64,000 bases of DNA, taken from the human T2T-CHM13v2.0 reference genome, Homo sapiens. The notes under the pieces were generated by a model. The model did not search any database, was not told the origin of the DNA, and was given only the letters and a program-made list of their open reading frames with translations. Every line of letters starts with the position of its first letter. Position 1 is the stretch's first letter. Below are positions 1 through 30,279 of the stretch, in pieces. The position numbers and the translations under genes are program-made. The stretch lies in the NCBI RefSeq assembly GCF_009914755.1, contig NC_060943.1. One strand, 5' to 3'.

Positions 1-215
1 CCTCAGGTGATCCACCTGCCTCCGCCTCCCAAAGTGTTGGGATTACAGGTGTGAGCCACCATGCCCGGCCACTCTGATATTATTAATTAGCTGATTGATT
101 CAACAAACATTTATTGGGCCCCTACTCTGTGCCTTGTTCAGGCAGAAGAAGAGAACAACATCTCCACTCTCATAGCACTAGAAAAAGACAAAAGAACCAA
201 TAAACGAATACACAC

Positions 216-4565
<4,350 letters not shown>

Positions 4566-4859
4566 TCACCTAAGGTCAGGGGTTGGAGACCAGCCTGGTC
4601 AATATGGCAAAACCTGTCTCTACTAAAAATACAAAAATTAGCTGGGCATGGTGGCACGCACCTGTAATCCCAGCTACTTGGGAGGTTGAAGGAGAATTGC
4701 TGTAACCAGGAGGCAGAGATTGCAGTGAGCCGAGATGGCAGCACTGCACTCCAGCCTGGTCGACAGAGCGAGATTCTATCTCAAAAAAAGAGAGAAAGAA
4801 AAAAAGGATAAAAATACATAAAATGAAAGAAAAGAAAACAGGGAGACAAGGGGAGAGAG

Positions 4860-5914
<1,055 letters not shown>

Positions 5915-6511
5915 AGGGGGCTCTTTTAGAGAGGGAGTTCATGGAAGCATGGAAGGCTTCTTGGAGGAGGCAATATATGATCAGAGGCCTGATTGAAGTC
6001 AAGGGGATCTGGGGCAGGAGCATTCTAAGTGGAGGGAACAGCGTGTGCAAAGGTCTTGGGGTTGGGCTGTGCCTGTTTTGTTATCTGTTCTGGCATCATA
6101 ACAGGGTCTGTGTGTACAGCTGGAAGGAAGTGAGTTGATGTGGGAGAGGTGAGGACAGGGAGGTGACAGGGACAGGTCATGAAGGGCCTTGTGGGCTGCA
6201 GGAAGGACTTGGGCTTTTACCCTGAGGAGGTGGGAGCCATGGAGGACTGTGGACAGAGGAAGGATGTGAGACCCCAGAGAAGGACAAGACAGCACAAGGG
6301 CAGGCTAGGGTCCGGGTTTGGTATCTCACAGAAACCCCACAATCTCCTGGTGTTGGACACTTTATCTCACTCAGATAAAAATACATAAAATGAAAGGAAA
6401 GATAAAAATAAATAAAAAGAAAGAAAGGATAGGCCAGGCACGGTGGCTTACGCCTATAATCCCAGCACTTTGGGAGGCCGAGTCGGGTGGATCACCTGAG
6501 GTCAAGAGTTA

Positions 6512-6795
<284 letters not shown>

Positions 6796-7379
6796 CTAGG
6801 ACTGCTATAACAAAATACTACAAACTTCCAGATGAGGTCTGGTGAGTTTAACTCCCCAGGATCACACAATTGCTCAGTGGTAGATGCACAGTTCAAATCC
6901 ACACTGGTGTGTGGCATCAGGAATAACCTATGAGAGTGTTCATAGTGTCCATGAACATTGTATTCACTAGCTTCAAACTCCTGTCACTGATAGTTATTTA
7001 TTTATTTTTGAGTTGGAGTCTCACACTGTCACCCGGGCTGGAGTGCAACAGCATGATCTCTGCTCACCGCAACCTCTGCCTCTTAGGTTCAAGTGATTCT
7101 CTTGCCTCAGCCTCCTGAGTAGCTGGGATTATAGGCACGTGCCACCGCGCCTGGCTAATTTTTTGTCTTTTTAGTACAGACGGGTTTTACTACGTTGGCC
7201 AGGTTGGTCTTGAACTCCTGAGCTTGTGATTCACCTGCCCGGGCCTCCCAAAGATCTGGGATTACAGGCGTGAGCCACCGCACCCAGCCTATCACTGATA
7301 TTTATGATGTCACCTCCATGGCACTTTGTTGGTTGACAATACCTGGGATATCTCCATTATAGCCCTGTTCGTGGGCACA

Positions 7380-7491
7380 GAGTTCTCTGCCATGGCTGGG
7401 GACTAGGAAGTGGGAAAGAGCTCTAGGGGAACCTGAGGGCTTGGGTGGAAGACTGGAGAGCCAGGAGGAGCAAGGAGCAGGAAGCAAGGTG
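7380..7491 (+). other. NFILZ: Candidate first (non-coding) exon of NFILZ; TSS approximate
   Basis: Non-repeat segment ending in donor GTG|GTAATG (GT at 7492). TATA-like ttatag at 7356-7361 and CRE-like TGATGTCA at 7305-7312 upstream. Start position inferred, not observed. Confidence 0.45.
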
Positions 7492-8574
7492 GTAATGATG
7501 AGAGGCTGAGTCTTCCTTCCCATGCCTTGGGTGGGACATTTCTGGTCTCTGACACAGGAGGGCATGCAGACCTGGGTTAGGCTCCTCTCTCCCCCACACA
7601 GGTCCGGTTGGATCAGCTTATTCCCCCTGCAGCTTAACTACCTCCATCTCCCTTCTGGGATCTCATGATTGCCTTTAATTGGGGCCTTGGATGCCCGGGT
7701 CGTGTTGCATGGAACTGCGGCCAAGTGAGGGGATTAAGCAAAGCTGACTAGGATCGTTTCATGCAGATCTTTTCAGAGCCTTTAATAGATACCTGTGCTT
7801 TGCACAGCTTTCTCAAACTTACTTAACTCCTTTGATATTTTTTCCTCTGTAGCATTTTGGGGTACCAGGGGTTTCTGGAAGGGATACAGGAATCATTGCT
7901 TTAACTCAAAGAGGGTGCCTGAATGGTGGAATTTCAGGCAGGGACTTCTGGCTAAGCATCAAAGGTTTCCTCCTGCTCCTCCCTCTCTGCTTTCCCTTCC
8001 CAGGACCCGGGCACTGAGAACAAGGCTGGCACCCCACAGCTCTCTCAGGGGTGGCCCAGTGGGGTTGCAAATTCTAGGCAGGCCAAATTAGGAGCTCACA
8101 GGGAGGCTGGAGGGGGTCAGCCCAGGCAGGGCTGGGGGCTGGGCTTGGGATGAACAGGGGGACTGAACAGAGAGGCAGCATTCTGAACTGGAGTTCTGTG
8201 CCTGTCCCTTGATCTCTGGGGGGTCTGGAGGCAGGCGTGTCTTCTGGGAAGGCAGTGGAGTCCCCTGGGACAAAGCCCAGGGATTAGCTCAGTAGACAAA
8301 CATCTGAGTCTTGGCCCCCTCTTCCCCCGAGTCCAGGGTCACAGTGGGAGGCCGCAGATTGGCCCTGTTCTTCTGAAAGTAAACAGGCAGTGCTGGCCTG
8401 GCTTCCCCTACATCCAGCCGCCAGGCCTTCGTGTCCAGCCCCTTTGTGCGGCGGCTCCAGCCTCTCAGCCTCCTGGCCTTTCACCTTCTGCCTCCTCCGT
8501 CTACACCCGCTGACCTCTTGAAGCGTCTCTAGTGATGGGGACCCTGGGGGCTTGGTCACTCCAGTCCTCGCTTT

Positions 8575-8618
<44 letters not shown>

Positions 8619-8636
8619 GTTTGTTTGTTTTTTTGA

Positions 8637-8780
<144 letters not shown>

Positions 8781-8991
8781 TAATTTTTGTACTTTTAGTA
8801 GAGATGGGGTTGCACCATGTTGGTCAGGCTGGTCTCGAACTCCTGACCTCAGGTGATCCACCTGCCTTGGCCTCCCAAAGTGCTAGGATTACAGGCGTGA
8901 GCCACCGCGCCTGGCCGCCCTTGTGTTTTATTACTGGGATGCTCTAGAGGAGCCAGAGGGAGGCAGGTTCAGGGCTGACTGCCCCGCCATA

Positions 8992-9026
<35 letters not shown>

Positions 9027-9050
9027 AGGGGGTTATTTTTACCGCTGTTG

Positions 9051-10194
<1,144 letters not shown>

Positions 10195-10766
10195 GTTGGT
10201 GTTATTGGCAGTGAGGTAGGGAAGCTGCGGCTAAGCTGAGGCTGCACAGGGAAGGTGTCTTGACCTTGAACTTGACACCTTGACCTTGGACCCTTGCCTA
10301 GGCTCTGAGGGCCAGCTCCTTTCCCTCTCTCTACCTTCCCCCACCTCTGGCTCTTGGAAGTGCACCTGCAGCTGCTGTGGGAGGAGCCCTCCAGCCGCCC
10401 TGAGGATGGTTTCCTGCCTCCCTTCCTGCCCCCTCTGAAGACCAACTTAGCTATGCCCAACTCAGCTCTTGTCCTGGGACAAGGCCCCCTGCCTCCTGGT
10501 CAAGGGAGCAGGGTCCTGGGGAGGGAGAGACAGATGTCGAGGCTGGACAGGAGGTTGTGGAAGGGGAGGAAGTGGATTTGGGAGTATAGCTTTCTTTCTT
10601 ACTCAGTTATCATTAGTATAACTTTTCTCCCTTCCTTCCTTCCTTCCTTCCTTCCTTCCTTCCTTCCTTCCTTCCTTCCTTCCTTCCTTCCCTCCCTTCT
10701 TTCCTTCTCTCTCTCTCTTTTTTGCTTTCTTGCTTGCTTTCTTCTTTCCTTTTTTTTTTGAGATAG

Positions 10767-11021
<255 letters not shown>

Positions 11022-11299
11022 TGAGCCACCCTGCCTGGCCTCTTTTTTTTTTCTTTTTGAGACAGGGTTTCACTCTGTTGCCCAGGCTGGATTGCAGTGG
11101 TGCAATCCAGCCTTGAATGTCTGGGCTCAAATGATTCTCCCACATCAGCCTCCTGAGTAGCTGGAACTATCGGCGCATGCCGTGACACCCAGCTAATTTT
11201 TATTTTTTGTAGAGATGGGATCTCTCTCAAATTCCTGGCCTCAAGTAATCCTCTTGCCTCAGCCTACCAAAATGCTGGGCCTTATTATTGTAATGTTTT

Positions 11300-12880
<1,581 letters not shown>

Positions 12881-12898
12881 TAAAAAAATTTTATTTTC

Positions 12899-13488
<590 letters not shown>

Positions 13489-13992
13489 AATTTTTGTATT
13501 TTTAATAGAGGTGAGGTTTCACCCTTTTGCCCAGGCTGATCTCGAACTCCTGACCACAAGTGATCCGCCCACCTTGGCCTCCCAAAGTTTTGGGATTACA
13601 GGCATTAGCCATTGCGCCTGGCCTATATGGAGGCTTTTGTATGGAGAGACAGGACACTGGTCCCCTGGATACTGGAGGGGGACAGTCAGGGATAGAGCTG
13701 GGGCCAAGGGGAAGATATAGAAGTGCGAATCAGGTGAGGTATAGGACAGGGTGCCTGGAGGGGAGGCCAGAATCTTCATTCTAACCAAATCCTTGCCTAG
13801 TTTTTAAAAAAATGGGCAAGGCTGAATGTGGTGGCTCATACCTGTAGTCCCAGTACTTTAAGAGGCCAAGGCAGAAGGATCACTTGAGCCCAGGAGTTCG
13901 AGGCTGCAGTGAGCTAGGACTGTGCACTCCAGCCGGGTGTGATGACGCACACATATAATCTCAGCTCTCAGAAGGCTGAAGCAGGAGAGTCA

Positions 13993-14603
<611 letters not shown>

Positions 14604-14643
14604 CTACAGCCTGGGCGACAAGAGCAAGACTAAAGATGGTCTC

Positions 14644-14674
<31 letters not shown>

Positions 14675-16151
14675 AAAGAACAGAAAAAGAAAAACAAAAA
14701 GCCTCCACATAGTCCCCTTGCTCTTGTAGAACAGAGAAGGACTTCATAGACCTTTCCCCAACACAGGTTAGTGCCAGCATGACCTTGCCAGGCCACCTTA
14801 ATAGAGCAAAGATCAGTAGATGCTATGGGAAGTCAAATTTTCTCAACATTAGAAACTCTTTCCAACACACAGAAAAATGGAAAGAATTGGGCACAGGCAC
14901 ACTCACCCCTAGATTCTACAACGAACTCATTGCCATTCCGCGGTAAACGCTAAGCCAGGCGTCACACGCTATGCTGTGTGATGCTAGAAGTGCGCACACT
15001 TATCCTGTTGGTGGTGGAATTTACACGTGCGTTCATGAGTGTGCACGTGCGTTAGCCGCTGTGTGCATTTGTGGGCGTGCAAAGGGATGTGCCTGGGGGA
15101 AAACCTCACACAGTGGTTAGGAAGCCTGTGCAGTTGAACTGTGGGGGCTCCCGTCTTGCTTCTGCCACTTAAGGACTGTGGGGCCTTGGGCGAATTGCCC
15201 AACTTCTCTCCTGCCCGTTTCCTCTTTCAGTGTGGATTCATTCATTCAACAAATATTTACGGAACGAACACCTCCTGCGTGCCAGGCTCCATTCCAAGCA
15301 CTGGGGGTTGCAGCGGCGAACAAAACAGACCCAAATGCCTGCCCTGGTGGGCCAGGAAGGCAGAAATAAAGATGAAGAGTTGGTCAAGTCTGCAGTATGT
15401 CACAGGGTGGTAGGGCTGCGTTTGTGTACATGGGGAAGAGGCTGCAGCTTTAGAGGTGGGGGGACCTCCCGGGGAAGGTGAGGAGAGTGAGGTGCTTCTA
15501 GGGGGATGGAGGGGAGGGGAGAGTCTTTCTGGCAGAGGGCAAAGCAAGTGCAAAGGCCCTGAAGCAGGAATTTACTTTGCTGTTTTTTTTTTTTTTTTTG
15601 AGATGGAATCTCGCTCTGTTGCCCAGACTGGAGTGCAGTGGCACAATCTTGGATCACCGCAACCTCTGCCTCCCGGGTTCAAGGGATCCTCCTGCCTCAG
15701 CCTCCGAGTAGCTGGGATTACAGGCGCACACCACCATGCCCAGCTAATTTTTTGTATTTGTAATAGAGACAGGCTTTCACCACATTGGCCAGGCTGGTCT
15801 CAAACTCCTGGCCTCAAGTGATCTGCCCGACTCGGCCTCCCAAAGTGGTGGGATTGCAGGTGTCAGCCACTGAGCCCGGCCTACTTGGCTGTTTAAGGAA
15901 CAGTGAGGAGGTCCATGTGGTTGGAGCAGAGTGATAGAAGGGGTGAGAGGAAGGAGGGCAAAGGCAGAGAGGTGACAGTGGGTGTTGTGGGGAAGGAGAG
16001 CTTGCAAGATCTCAAGAGTTACAGGCGTGGCAGGCCAGGCATGGCGGCTCACACCTGTAACCCCAGCACTTTGGGAGGCTGAGGCAGGAGGATCATTTGA
16101 GCCTGGAAGTTTGCGACCAGCCTGGGCAACATAGCAAGACCCCTGCCTCTA

Positions 16152-16469
<318 letters not shown>

Positions 16470-17054
16470 TTAATATGTGTAAAGTGATAGGCCAGTGTCT
16501 GGCGTATACCACACATGGGGTAAGGATTAGTTTATTTTTATATGTGGTAGGTGTGTGTGTGTTGGGTGTCTCTGGGCGGCAGCTGAGCCAGGTGGCCATT
16601 AGTGAGTTTGTTGTTGTGAAAGAATCTCTCTAACACTATTTAAAAAACCCTGCTGGGTGTTTAAAAGCCCTACTGGGGTTGCCATGTTTTGGCTGGGTCC
16701 CGGCTCTTTTGTATAACAGATGTTACCCAGATGTCAGCTGGGGTCAATAGAGCCTCAGAGATTTGGCGTCTGCCTCTCTCCCACGACCTGTGGGAAGCCT
16801 GGTGCCCTCTGTGAGATGCTTGTGAATTCCCAGGGCCTCTGTTCTCATGGTTGCGTCTTGGCCTGAGTTCCTGCCCGCTGAACTCTTGCCCTCACCCACC
16901 TTCCTGGGGCCAGTGCTTTGCGGGTGAACCGGTCCTGTGTTCTTGATTTTCCCCCAGATCACTCTTGCACATGGACTGCCTGCAGGTTGCCTCTCAAGAT
17001 ACTGTGCTCTCCCAGTCTGGCCAATGTAGCAAGAACCTATTGTTCCTGCTGTAG

Positions 17055-17085
<31 letters not shown>

Positions 17086-18530
17086 ATTGCTTGAGCTTCT
17101 GCATAAGATGTTGCTTGACAAAGCATTCCACCACCAACAGGAAAAGTTTACACACTTGTTGCATAACACAGCATAGAGCGTGATGACCGGCTTGGAGTTT
17201 ACCAGGCTGTCCTGTGAAGGGGAAGTTCACTTAGGACACCCGGGGCCAATGGCTGTGAGCAGCAGAAGGTGCCTTTGATGTCAAGCTGTCTTGAACGCTG
17301 CTGCTCCCGGGTGGGTAAGAGCTGGCACAGTCCAGAAAAATTGAGGCGGCGACACGATGAGAGACAGCAACCCATCCCCAGACAAACCTCAAGAGACCAG
17401 AAGCAGCCACATTGCACCAGACTTCTGGAAAATTAGGCAAGCGTTGGCAACAGAATATGTTGTGGACTCTTCTCACAGTTTCTGTAATCATTAACTGCTT
17501 TCTCAGGGTGTGGATATTCAAGGACCAGAGGTCAAAGTTACAGCAACAGCACCTTGCAAGGGGCAGGGGTGAGGAGAACCTCCTTGGGCAGGTCGTGCTG
17601 TATGGGATAAGCCCAGAACTGGTTTAGTTCTGAGACGAGGGTGCAGATAGTATTGGAAAGATGCATATCACTCAAGCCTGGAAGAAGACCAGGGTTACAC
17701 TTAACCTTGACTGCAGTTCAATGCCTCGGTAATATGGACTGAATTGTAACTAAGACTGTTCTCTGCAAGGTTTGCTTGGTTTCTGCATCTTTGTAATTGT
17801 AGCATTTGGTGTTCACTTGAAGGATGGGTCTTCAAGAGCATATTCTCCAATGTTTCTTTCTCACGGCTCACCACAACCTCGACCTCCCAGGCTCAAGTGA
17901 TCCTCACACCTCAGCCTCCCGCGTAGCTGGGACTACTGGCATGCACCACCACACCTGACTAATGTTTGTTTTTTTTTTGTAGAGATGGGGTCTCCTTATG
18001 TTGCTCAGGCTGGTCTTGAACTCCCAGGCTCAAGCAATCCGCTCACCTCAGCCTCCAAAAGTGCTGAGATCACAGGCGTGAGCCATCATGCCTGGCCTCT
18101 CCAGTGTTTCTTAAATGTTTCTGGACCACATACTTGTTTAGGAATTCACCCAAATCTAAAGACCACTGCTGGCCCATTGCCAAAATTCCTCCCACCCCAA
18201 ATATATTTACCCAAAAGATTTTGCAGATAGTTATATGGTATTGTGGTGCTGCAAAATTTTATCCACAGAGCCCATTCCAATTCTGGGTTCATAACCTCTG
18301 ATCTAGCTTGGTTCTCTTATTTTACACATGGGGAAACTGAGTCAAAAGAGCACAAAGACTTGCTCAGGGTTATGAAGACACTTCATGACAGCCCTTGGTG
18401 TCAGAGTAAGAACTGGATGTGAGTTCCCTTACCAGCTGAGATGTCTTCTCTCTGTGCCTCAGTTTCCCTATCTGCAAAGCCAGGATAATAATAGCACTTA
18501 CTTGGTAGGGATGCTATGAGGATCACATGA

Positions 18531-18767
<237 letters not shown>

Positions 18768-18990
18768 TAGAGACAGGGTCTTGCTATGTTGGCCAGGCTG
18801 ATCTTGAACTCTTGGGCTCAAGTGATCTTCCTGCCTTAGCCTCCCAAAGTGCTGGGATTACAAGTGTGAAGCCACCATGCCTGGCCTATGGCTCTAATTT
18901 TTATCACCGTTCTCTTTTTTTTTTTTTTAAGTGTAGACCCGAGTTGATTCTTTAGCCTGTAGCTAAGTCAAAGTTTGAACCAAAGAACTC

Positions 18991-19004
18991 CTGCCACCTA
19001 GTGG
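18991..19004 (-). promoter_or_regulatory. CTCF core motif
   Basis: Minus strand CCACTAGGTGGCAG, a full match to the CTCF core, in non-repeat sequence. Confidence 0.65.
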
Positions 19005-19131
19005 TTCTGTGATGAATAAAGTAGGGTTTGCAGCACTGAAACATGGTGATCACATGCATGTCTTTGCCTGTGTGGTTATTGTTGGGGAATTAGTGGCTAT
19101 GTCTCTTTCCAAAGAGAGTGTGTTTACACAT

Positions 19132-19633
19132 TGTATCTGTTAGCCTTTGCTGTGTAACAAACTACCCTATGGATTGCAACCATAGCCACTTATTAACCCT
19201 TGATTCTGTGGGTTGGCAACTTGGTTGAGTTTAGCCAGGCGGTTCTTCTGTCGGTCTTGCTTGGGCCCACGCATGTGGCTACAGTTAGCTGGTGGGTTGG
19301 CTGGGGCTGACTACCTTGGATTGCTTCACTCATGAGTCCATTAGCAGGCTGTTTGCTGGGGTGCCTTGGTTCTCCTCCACGTGGCCTCTCCGGTGGGCTT
19401 GCTCAAGCTCATTCCCATGGTGGTTGCAGAGTTGCTAGGAAAAGCAGAGAATATAGCCCTAATGCGCAAGAACTTCCCCTTGTGTCATGTTTGGTAATGT
19501 CTGATTGGCTAAAACAAGCCATATGGTCAAACCCAGACTCAGGAAGTAAGGAAACAGAATCTATCTCTTGACTGGAGGAAATGACAAATATTGTAAATAT
19601 TGGGGCTGTTCTTCCCACTCCCCAATCTGTCAC
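19132..19633 (-). mobile_element. Old MLT1 LTR
   Basis: tgtatctgttagcctttgctgtgtaacaaactaccc...tgattctgtgggttggc...ggttctcctccacgtggcctctc. Confidence 0.65.
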
Positions 19634-19664
19634 ACATGTTTGCTGGCGAGTGGTTGGGTGTTGA

Positions 19665-19874
<210 letters not shown>

Positions 19875-20127
19875 TGAAGAAATGGGGTCTCCCTCTGTTG
19901 CTCAGGCTGGTCTCAAACTCCTGGGCTCAAGTGAAGTTCCTGCATCAGCCTCCCAAAGTGCTGGGATCACAGGCGTGAGCCATCACACCCAGCTAAGGAT
20001 TTTGACTCTAAAGATATGTTTTCACATGTTTTCACTTCTCAAAAGAAGAGAGTTTATAAGTAGAGACCATAACTTCCAGGCTAGCCCACCAGTCTTATGA
20101 TGGAAAATAACTTCCTCTCTATGGGAT

Positions 20128-20659
20128 GTGATGGTTAATTTTATGTGTCAACTTGACTGGGCCATAAGACACCCAGATATCTGGGTTAAACATTATTTCT
20201 GAGTGTATCTGGGAGGGTGTTTCTGGGAGAGATTAGCATTTGCATTGGTGGACTGAGAAAAGCAGATGGTGCTCCCCAGTGTGGGCAGACCTCATCCAAT
20301 CTGTTGAGGGCCAGACTAGAACAAAAAGGCAGAGAGGAAGGTTGAATTCTGTCTGTGTCAAACTGTGGAATAGGGACATTGATCTTCTACCCCTGGTGCT
20401 CCTGGCTCTCAGGCCTTCAGACCTGGCTTGGAATCTGCATCATTGGCTCTCAGGCTCTCCAACCTTTGAACAATACCATGAATCTTCCTGGGTCTTCAGC
20501 TTGCAGAAAGCAGATCATAGGATGTCTCAGCCTCCATAATCAGATGAGCCCTGTAATTATATAATCCTTATAATAAATCTCACCCTGGATCTCTCTATCT
20601 CTTTCTGTTGCTGTCGCTCTCTCTCCATCTTTCTGATCAGCTATTGATTTTGTTTCTTG
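20128..20659 (+). mobile_element. MLT2 (ERVL) LTR
   Basis: Starts tgtgatggttaattttatgtgtcaacttgactgggcca; ends gagaactctgactaattca. Confidence 0.8.
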
Positions 20660-20861
20660 GGAGAACTCTGACTAATTCACAGGACATTTCCATTTCTTCG
20701 TTTATTGTGGGGTTCTCTCTCTCAGCCATTTGCATTCCCCCAACACCTCCTTCCCTCATTATGGATTGAATTGTTCCACCCCAAATGCACGTATTGAAGC
20801 CCCAAACCCCAGTGTGACTGAATTTGGAGATAGGGCATTGATTGATCGATTGATTGATTAA

Positions 20862-21143
<282 letters not shown>

Positions 21144-21898
21144 TAATAGGGTCAACTTGTACATGTATTTCAACTCATTTCCAGCGGAGGTCAGTCAAGA
21201 ATCTCATTCTATTAAAGTCAGTCTATGCTATGACTTTGAAGTCTGTTGCCCAGGCTGATTGCAGTGGAGACCATGGCTCACTGCAGCCTCAACCTCCCAT
21301 ACTCAAGAGATCCTTCTGCCTCAGCCTCCTGAGTAGCTGGGAACACAAGTGTATGCTACCATGCCTGGCTATTAAAAGAATTTTTTTTTTGTAGAGATGG
21401 GGGTCTTACCGTGTTGCCCAGGCTGGTCTTGAACTCCTGGGCTCAAGCAATCCTTCTGCCTCGGCCTCCTAAAGTGCTGAGATTACACTCTTAAACCACC
21501 ATGTCCAGCCAGATGACTTTTTTTTTTTTTGACTGAGTTTTCGCTCTTGTTGCCCAGGCTGGAGTGCAATGGCATGATCTCGGCTTACCACAACCTCCGC
21601 TTCCCTGGTTCAGAGGATTCTCCTGCCTCAGCCTCCCAGTAGCTGACATTACAGGCAAACGCCTCCATTCCTGGATAATTTTGTATTTTTAGTAGAGATG
21701 GGGTTTCGCCATGTTGGTCAGGCTGGTCTCGAACTCCTGACCTCAGGTGATCCCACCCTCCCCCCATCCCCCGCCTCAGCCTCCCAAAGTGCTGGGATTA
21801 CAGGCATAAGCCACCGCACCTGTCCAGCTTTCCATTTTCTTACTTATCAATTATCTCACTGTATGAGATACAATTTCCTTAATTCTGTTTTATTTTAA

Positions 21899-22003
<105 letters not shown>

Positions 22004-22209
22004 TGAGTAGCTGGGACCTCATGTTTGCACCACCACACCTGGGTGATTTTTTTTTTTTTTTTTTTAAGATATGGGGGTCTAGCCATGTTGCCCAGGCTGG
22101 TCTTCAACTCCTGGCCATAAGCTAATCCTCCTGCCTAGGCCTCCCAAAGTGCTGGGATTACAGGCATGAGCCACAGTTCCTGGCTCCTGCATTACTTTTT
22201 CTGATCATG

Positions 22210-22640
22210 TTGTCCCCAGCCTCAGCTGTGATTGGCTCCAAACCCCAGCTCCCAGCCAACACCTCATCTTTTGGTTACAGTGATTGGCTCAGGAGTGAGT
22301 GTGTAACACACCCAGAGCCAATGAGAGGCAAGGACATTTGCTGGGGATTCTGGGAAAGTACACCTCCCTTTTTCTTTCTTGGGAGCAATTGAAAGAGACC
22401 CTCGAGCTGGCCCTAGAGGGTGTGGGTAGGAGAATGGGAGAAATGGCAGTGACTGCTTTGTGGACTACTGGGGAAGGATTGGGGCGTTAGCTGCAATGTG
22501 GAGCCTGAACATAAAGCCCAGGCAGCCAGTGATGGCAGAGGAGAGGCACCAGAGCCTTGGTGAGGTCTGGTGGATGCCTGGATCAAGCCTCACCTGAAGC
22601 AGCTAGCTTTTCAGTTATGTGGGTCCATATTTACTGTGAA
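22210..22640. mobile_element. LTR16-like ERVL LTR remnant
   Basis: cagtgattggctcagg...gccaatgaga...tttgctggggattctgggaaag...cctggatcaagcc..acctgaagc...ttttcagttatgtg. Confidence 0.5.
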
Positions 22641-22653
22641 AACGAAGATGATA

Positions 22654-22732
22654 TTAGGTTGATGCAAAAGTAATTGTGGTTTTTGCCATTAAAAGTAACT
22701 GGAAAACCACAATTAGTTTTGCACCAACCTAA
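22654..22732. mobile_element. MADE1 mariner MITE (about 80-bp palindrome)
   Basis: ttaggttgatgcaaaagtaattgtggtttttgccatt...aaaaccacaattagttttgcaccaacctaa; long terminal inverted repeats, TA-containing flanks. Confidence 0.9.
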
Positions 22733-22753
22733 ATAATATGTGACATTGTATAG

Positions 22754-23143
<390 letters not shown>

Positions 23144-23907
23144 TAAGCAATTTGTCCAAGGCCACACAGCTGGCGTGGCCAGAACCAGGATTCCTGGACC
23201 CCTCACCTTGTGTTCAGTTCTGCCACTTGCTTCTGTTTTTACACCCAAAGGAGTTCTGACTGTTTCCCAGTAATGCCAGAGGCTGCATAACTGGAGAGAG
23301 GAAGTAAGAGCCACTCTTCCTTTGCCTAGAACCGTCAGTGGCTCCCCGAGGCCTCTGGGTTAAAGACCACAATCCCCACTGTGGCCGGCAAGCCCTGCAC
23401 AATGCAGTTCCCTCTATCACTTCCCGTCCTGTCTCCCACTGCTGTCCCCACGTCACTCAGCCCTCACCGAGCTCCTCTTTGTCCCTCCAATTTGCCAAAC
23501 ACCTCAGGACCTTTGTCTGTGCTGTTCCCTCTGTCTAAAATGCCCTTCCTCTGCTGCTCCTCCTAAACCAAGAGCAAATGCGTATCCTCAGAGAAGTGAC
23601 CCCTCACAGCCTTCCTCCTGACCCGGATCTAGGCTAGGAAAACCCAGGCAGGAAGAACACAGGCCCTGAGGCAGCTGGCCCCAGTTCAAATCCGACTCCA
23701 TGACTGCCTTGCTGTGTGACCTTGGGCGGATACCTTGATCGCTCTGTGCCTCAGTTTCCTCATCTGTAAAATAGGATGTTAATAGGCAGGTACTCCTGCC
23801 TTATAAGTTTGGGTGAGGATCAGAGGAGGCTATTATGTGGAACGTGATTAGAACAATGCTGAACTCAGTTATGCAGGCAGCTAATAACAGTAGTGTAAAG
23901 GCAAGGG

Positions 23908-25075
<1,168 letters not shown>

Positions 25076-25237
25076 GGAAGGGAAGAATGGGAAGCTAGTG
25101 TTTAATGGGTATGCTGTTTTGGTTTTGCAAGATGAAGCATTCTGGAGGCGGATGGTGGTGATGGTTGCACAATGTGAGTGTGCTTAATGCCTCTGAACTG
25201 TATGGACGCTGAGAAATGATTAAAATGGTTAGTTTTA

Positions 25238-25441
<204 letters not shown>

Positions 25442-25828
25442 CTAGCCAGGCGTGGTGGTGCATGCCTGTAATCCCAGCTACTTGGGAGGCTGAGGGCAGG
25501 AGAATGGCTTGAACCTGGGAGGTGGAGATTTGCAGTGAGTCAAGACCATGCCATTGCACTCCAGCCTGGGCAACAAAGTGAGACTCTGCTTAAAAAAAAA
25601 AAAAAGGCAGATGTAAAAAAAGTAAAATTGTGATTTCAGGAAGCCCCTATCTTTTCTTTCAAGGCCCTTATCTCACCCTATAATTAAGCATATTTATGTA
25701 TTTTTATTTATTTAGTTTTGAGACATGATCTTGCTTTGTCACCCAGGCTGGAGTGCAGTGGCATGATCATGGTTCACTGCAGCCTTAGACTCCTGGGCTC
25801 AAGTGATCCTTCCACCTCAGCCTCCTGA

Positions 25829-26080
<252 letters not shown>

Positions 26081-26409
26081 TGAAACCTCTACCTCCCGAG
26101 TTCAAGCGATTCTTCTACCTCAGCCTCCTGAGTAGCTGGGATTACAGGTGCATGCCATCACGCCTAGCTAATTTTTTGTATTTTTGTTAGAAACGGGATT
26201 TTGCCATGTTGGCCAGGCTGGTCTTGAACTCCTGACCTCAGGTGATCCACCTGCCTTGGCCTCCCGAAGTGCTGGGATTACAGGCGTGAGCTACCGTGCC
26301 CGGCATAATTAAGCATTTTCAAAGCATAATTTTTCCATGAGCGCCTGTCTTGCCGGCTCTGCTGTATGGGTCCTGTTTTACTGAACTTTGGTTTTCTTGG
26401 TCCAGCCCA

Positions 26410-30262
<3,853 letters not shown>

Positions 30263-30279
30263 TAAATGTTCAACTGCAC

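Noticed and set aside
16744-17830. Possible processed pseudogene around the poly(T) at 17055-17082
   Set aside because: No recognisable protein in any frame and no TSD; better explained as unique regulatory sequence with a mononucleotide run.
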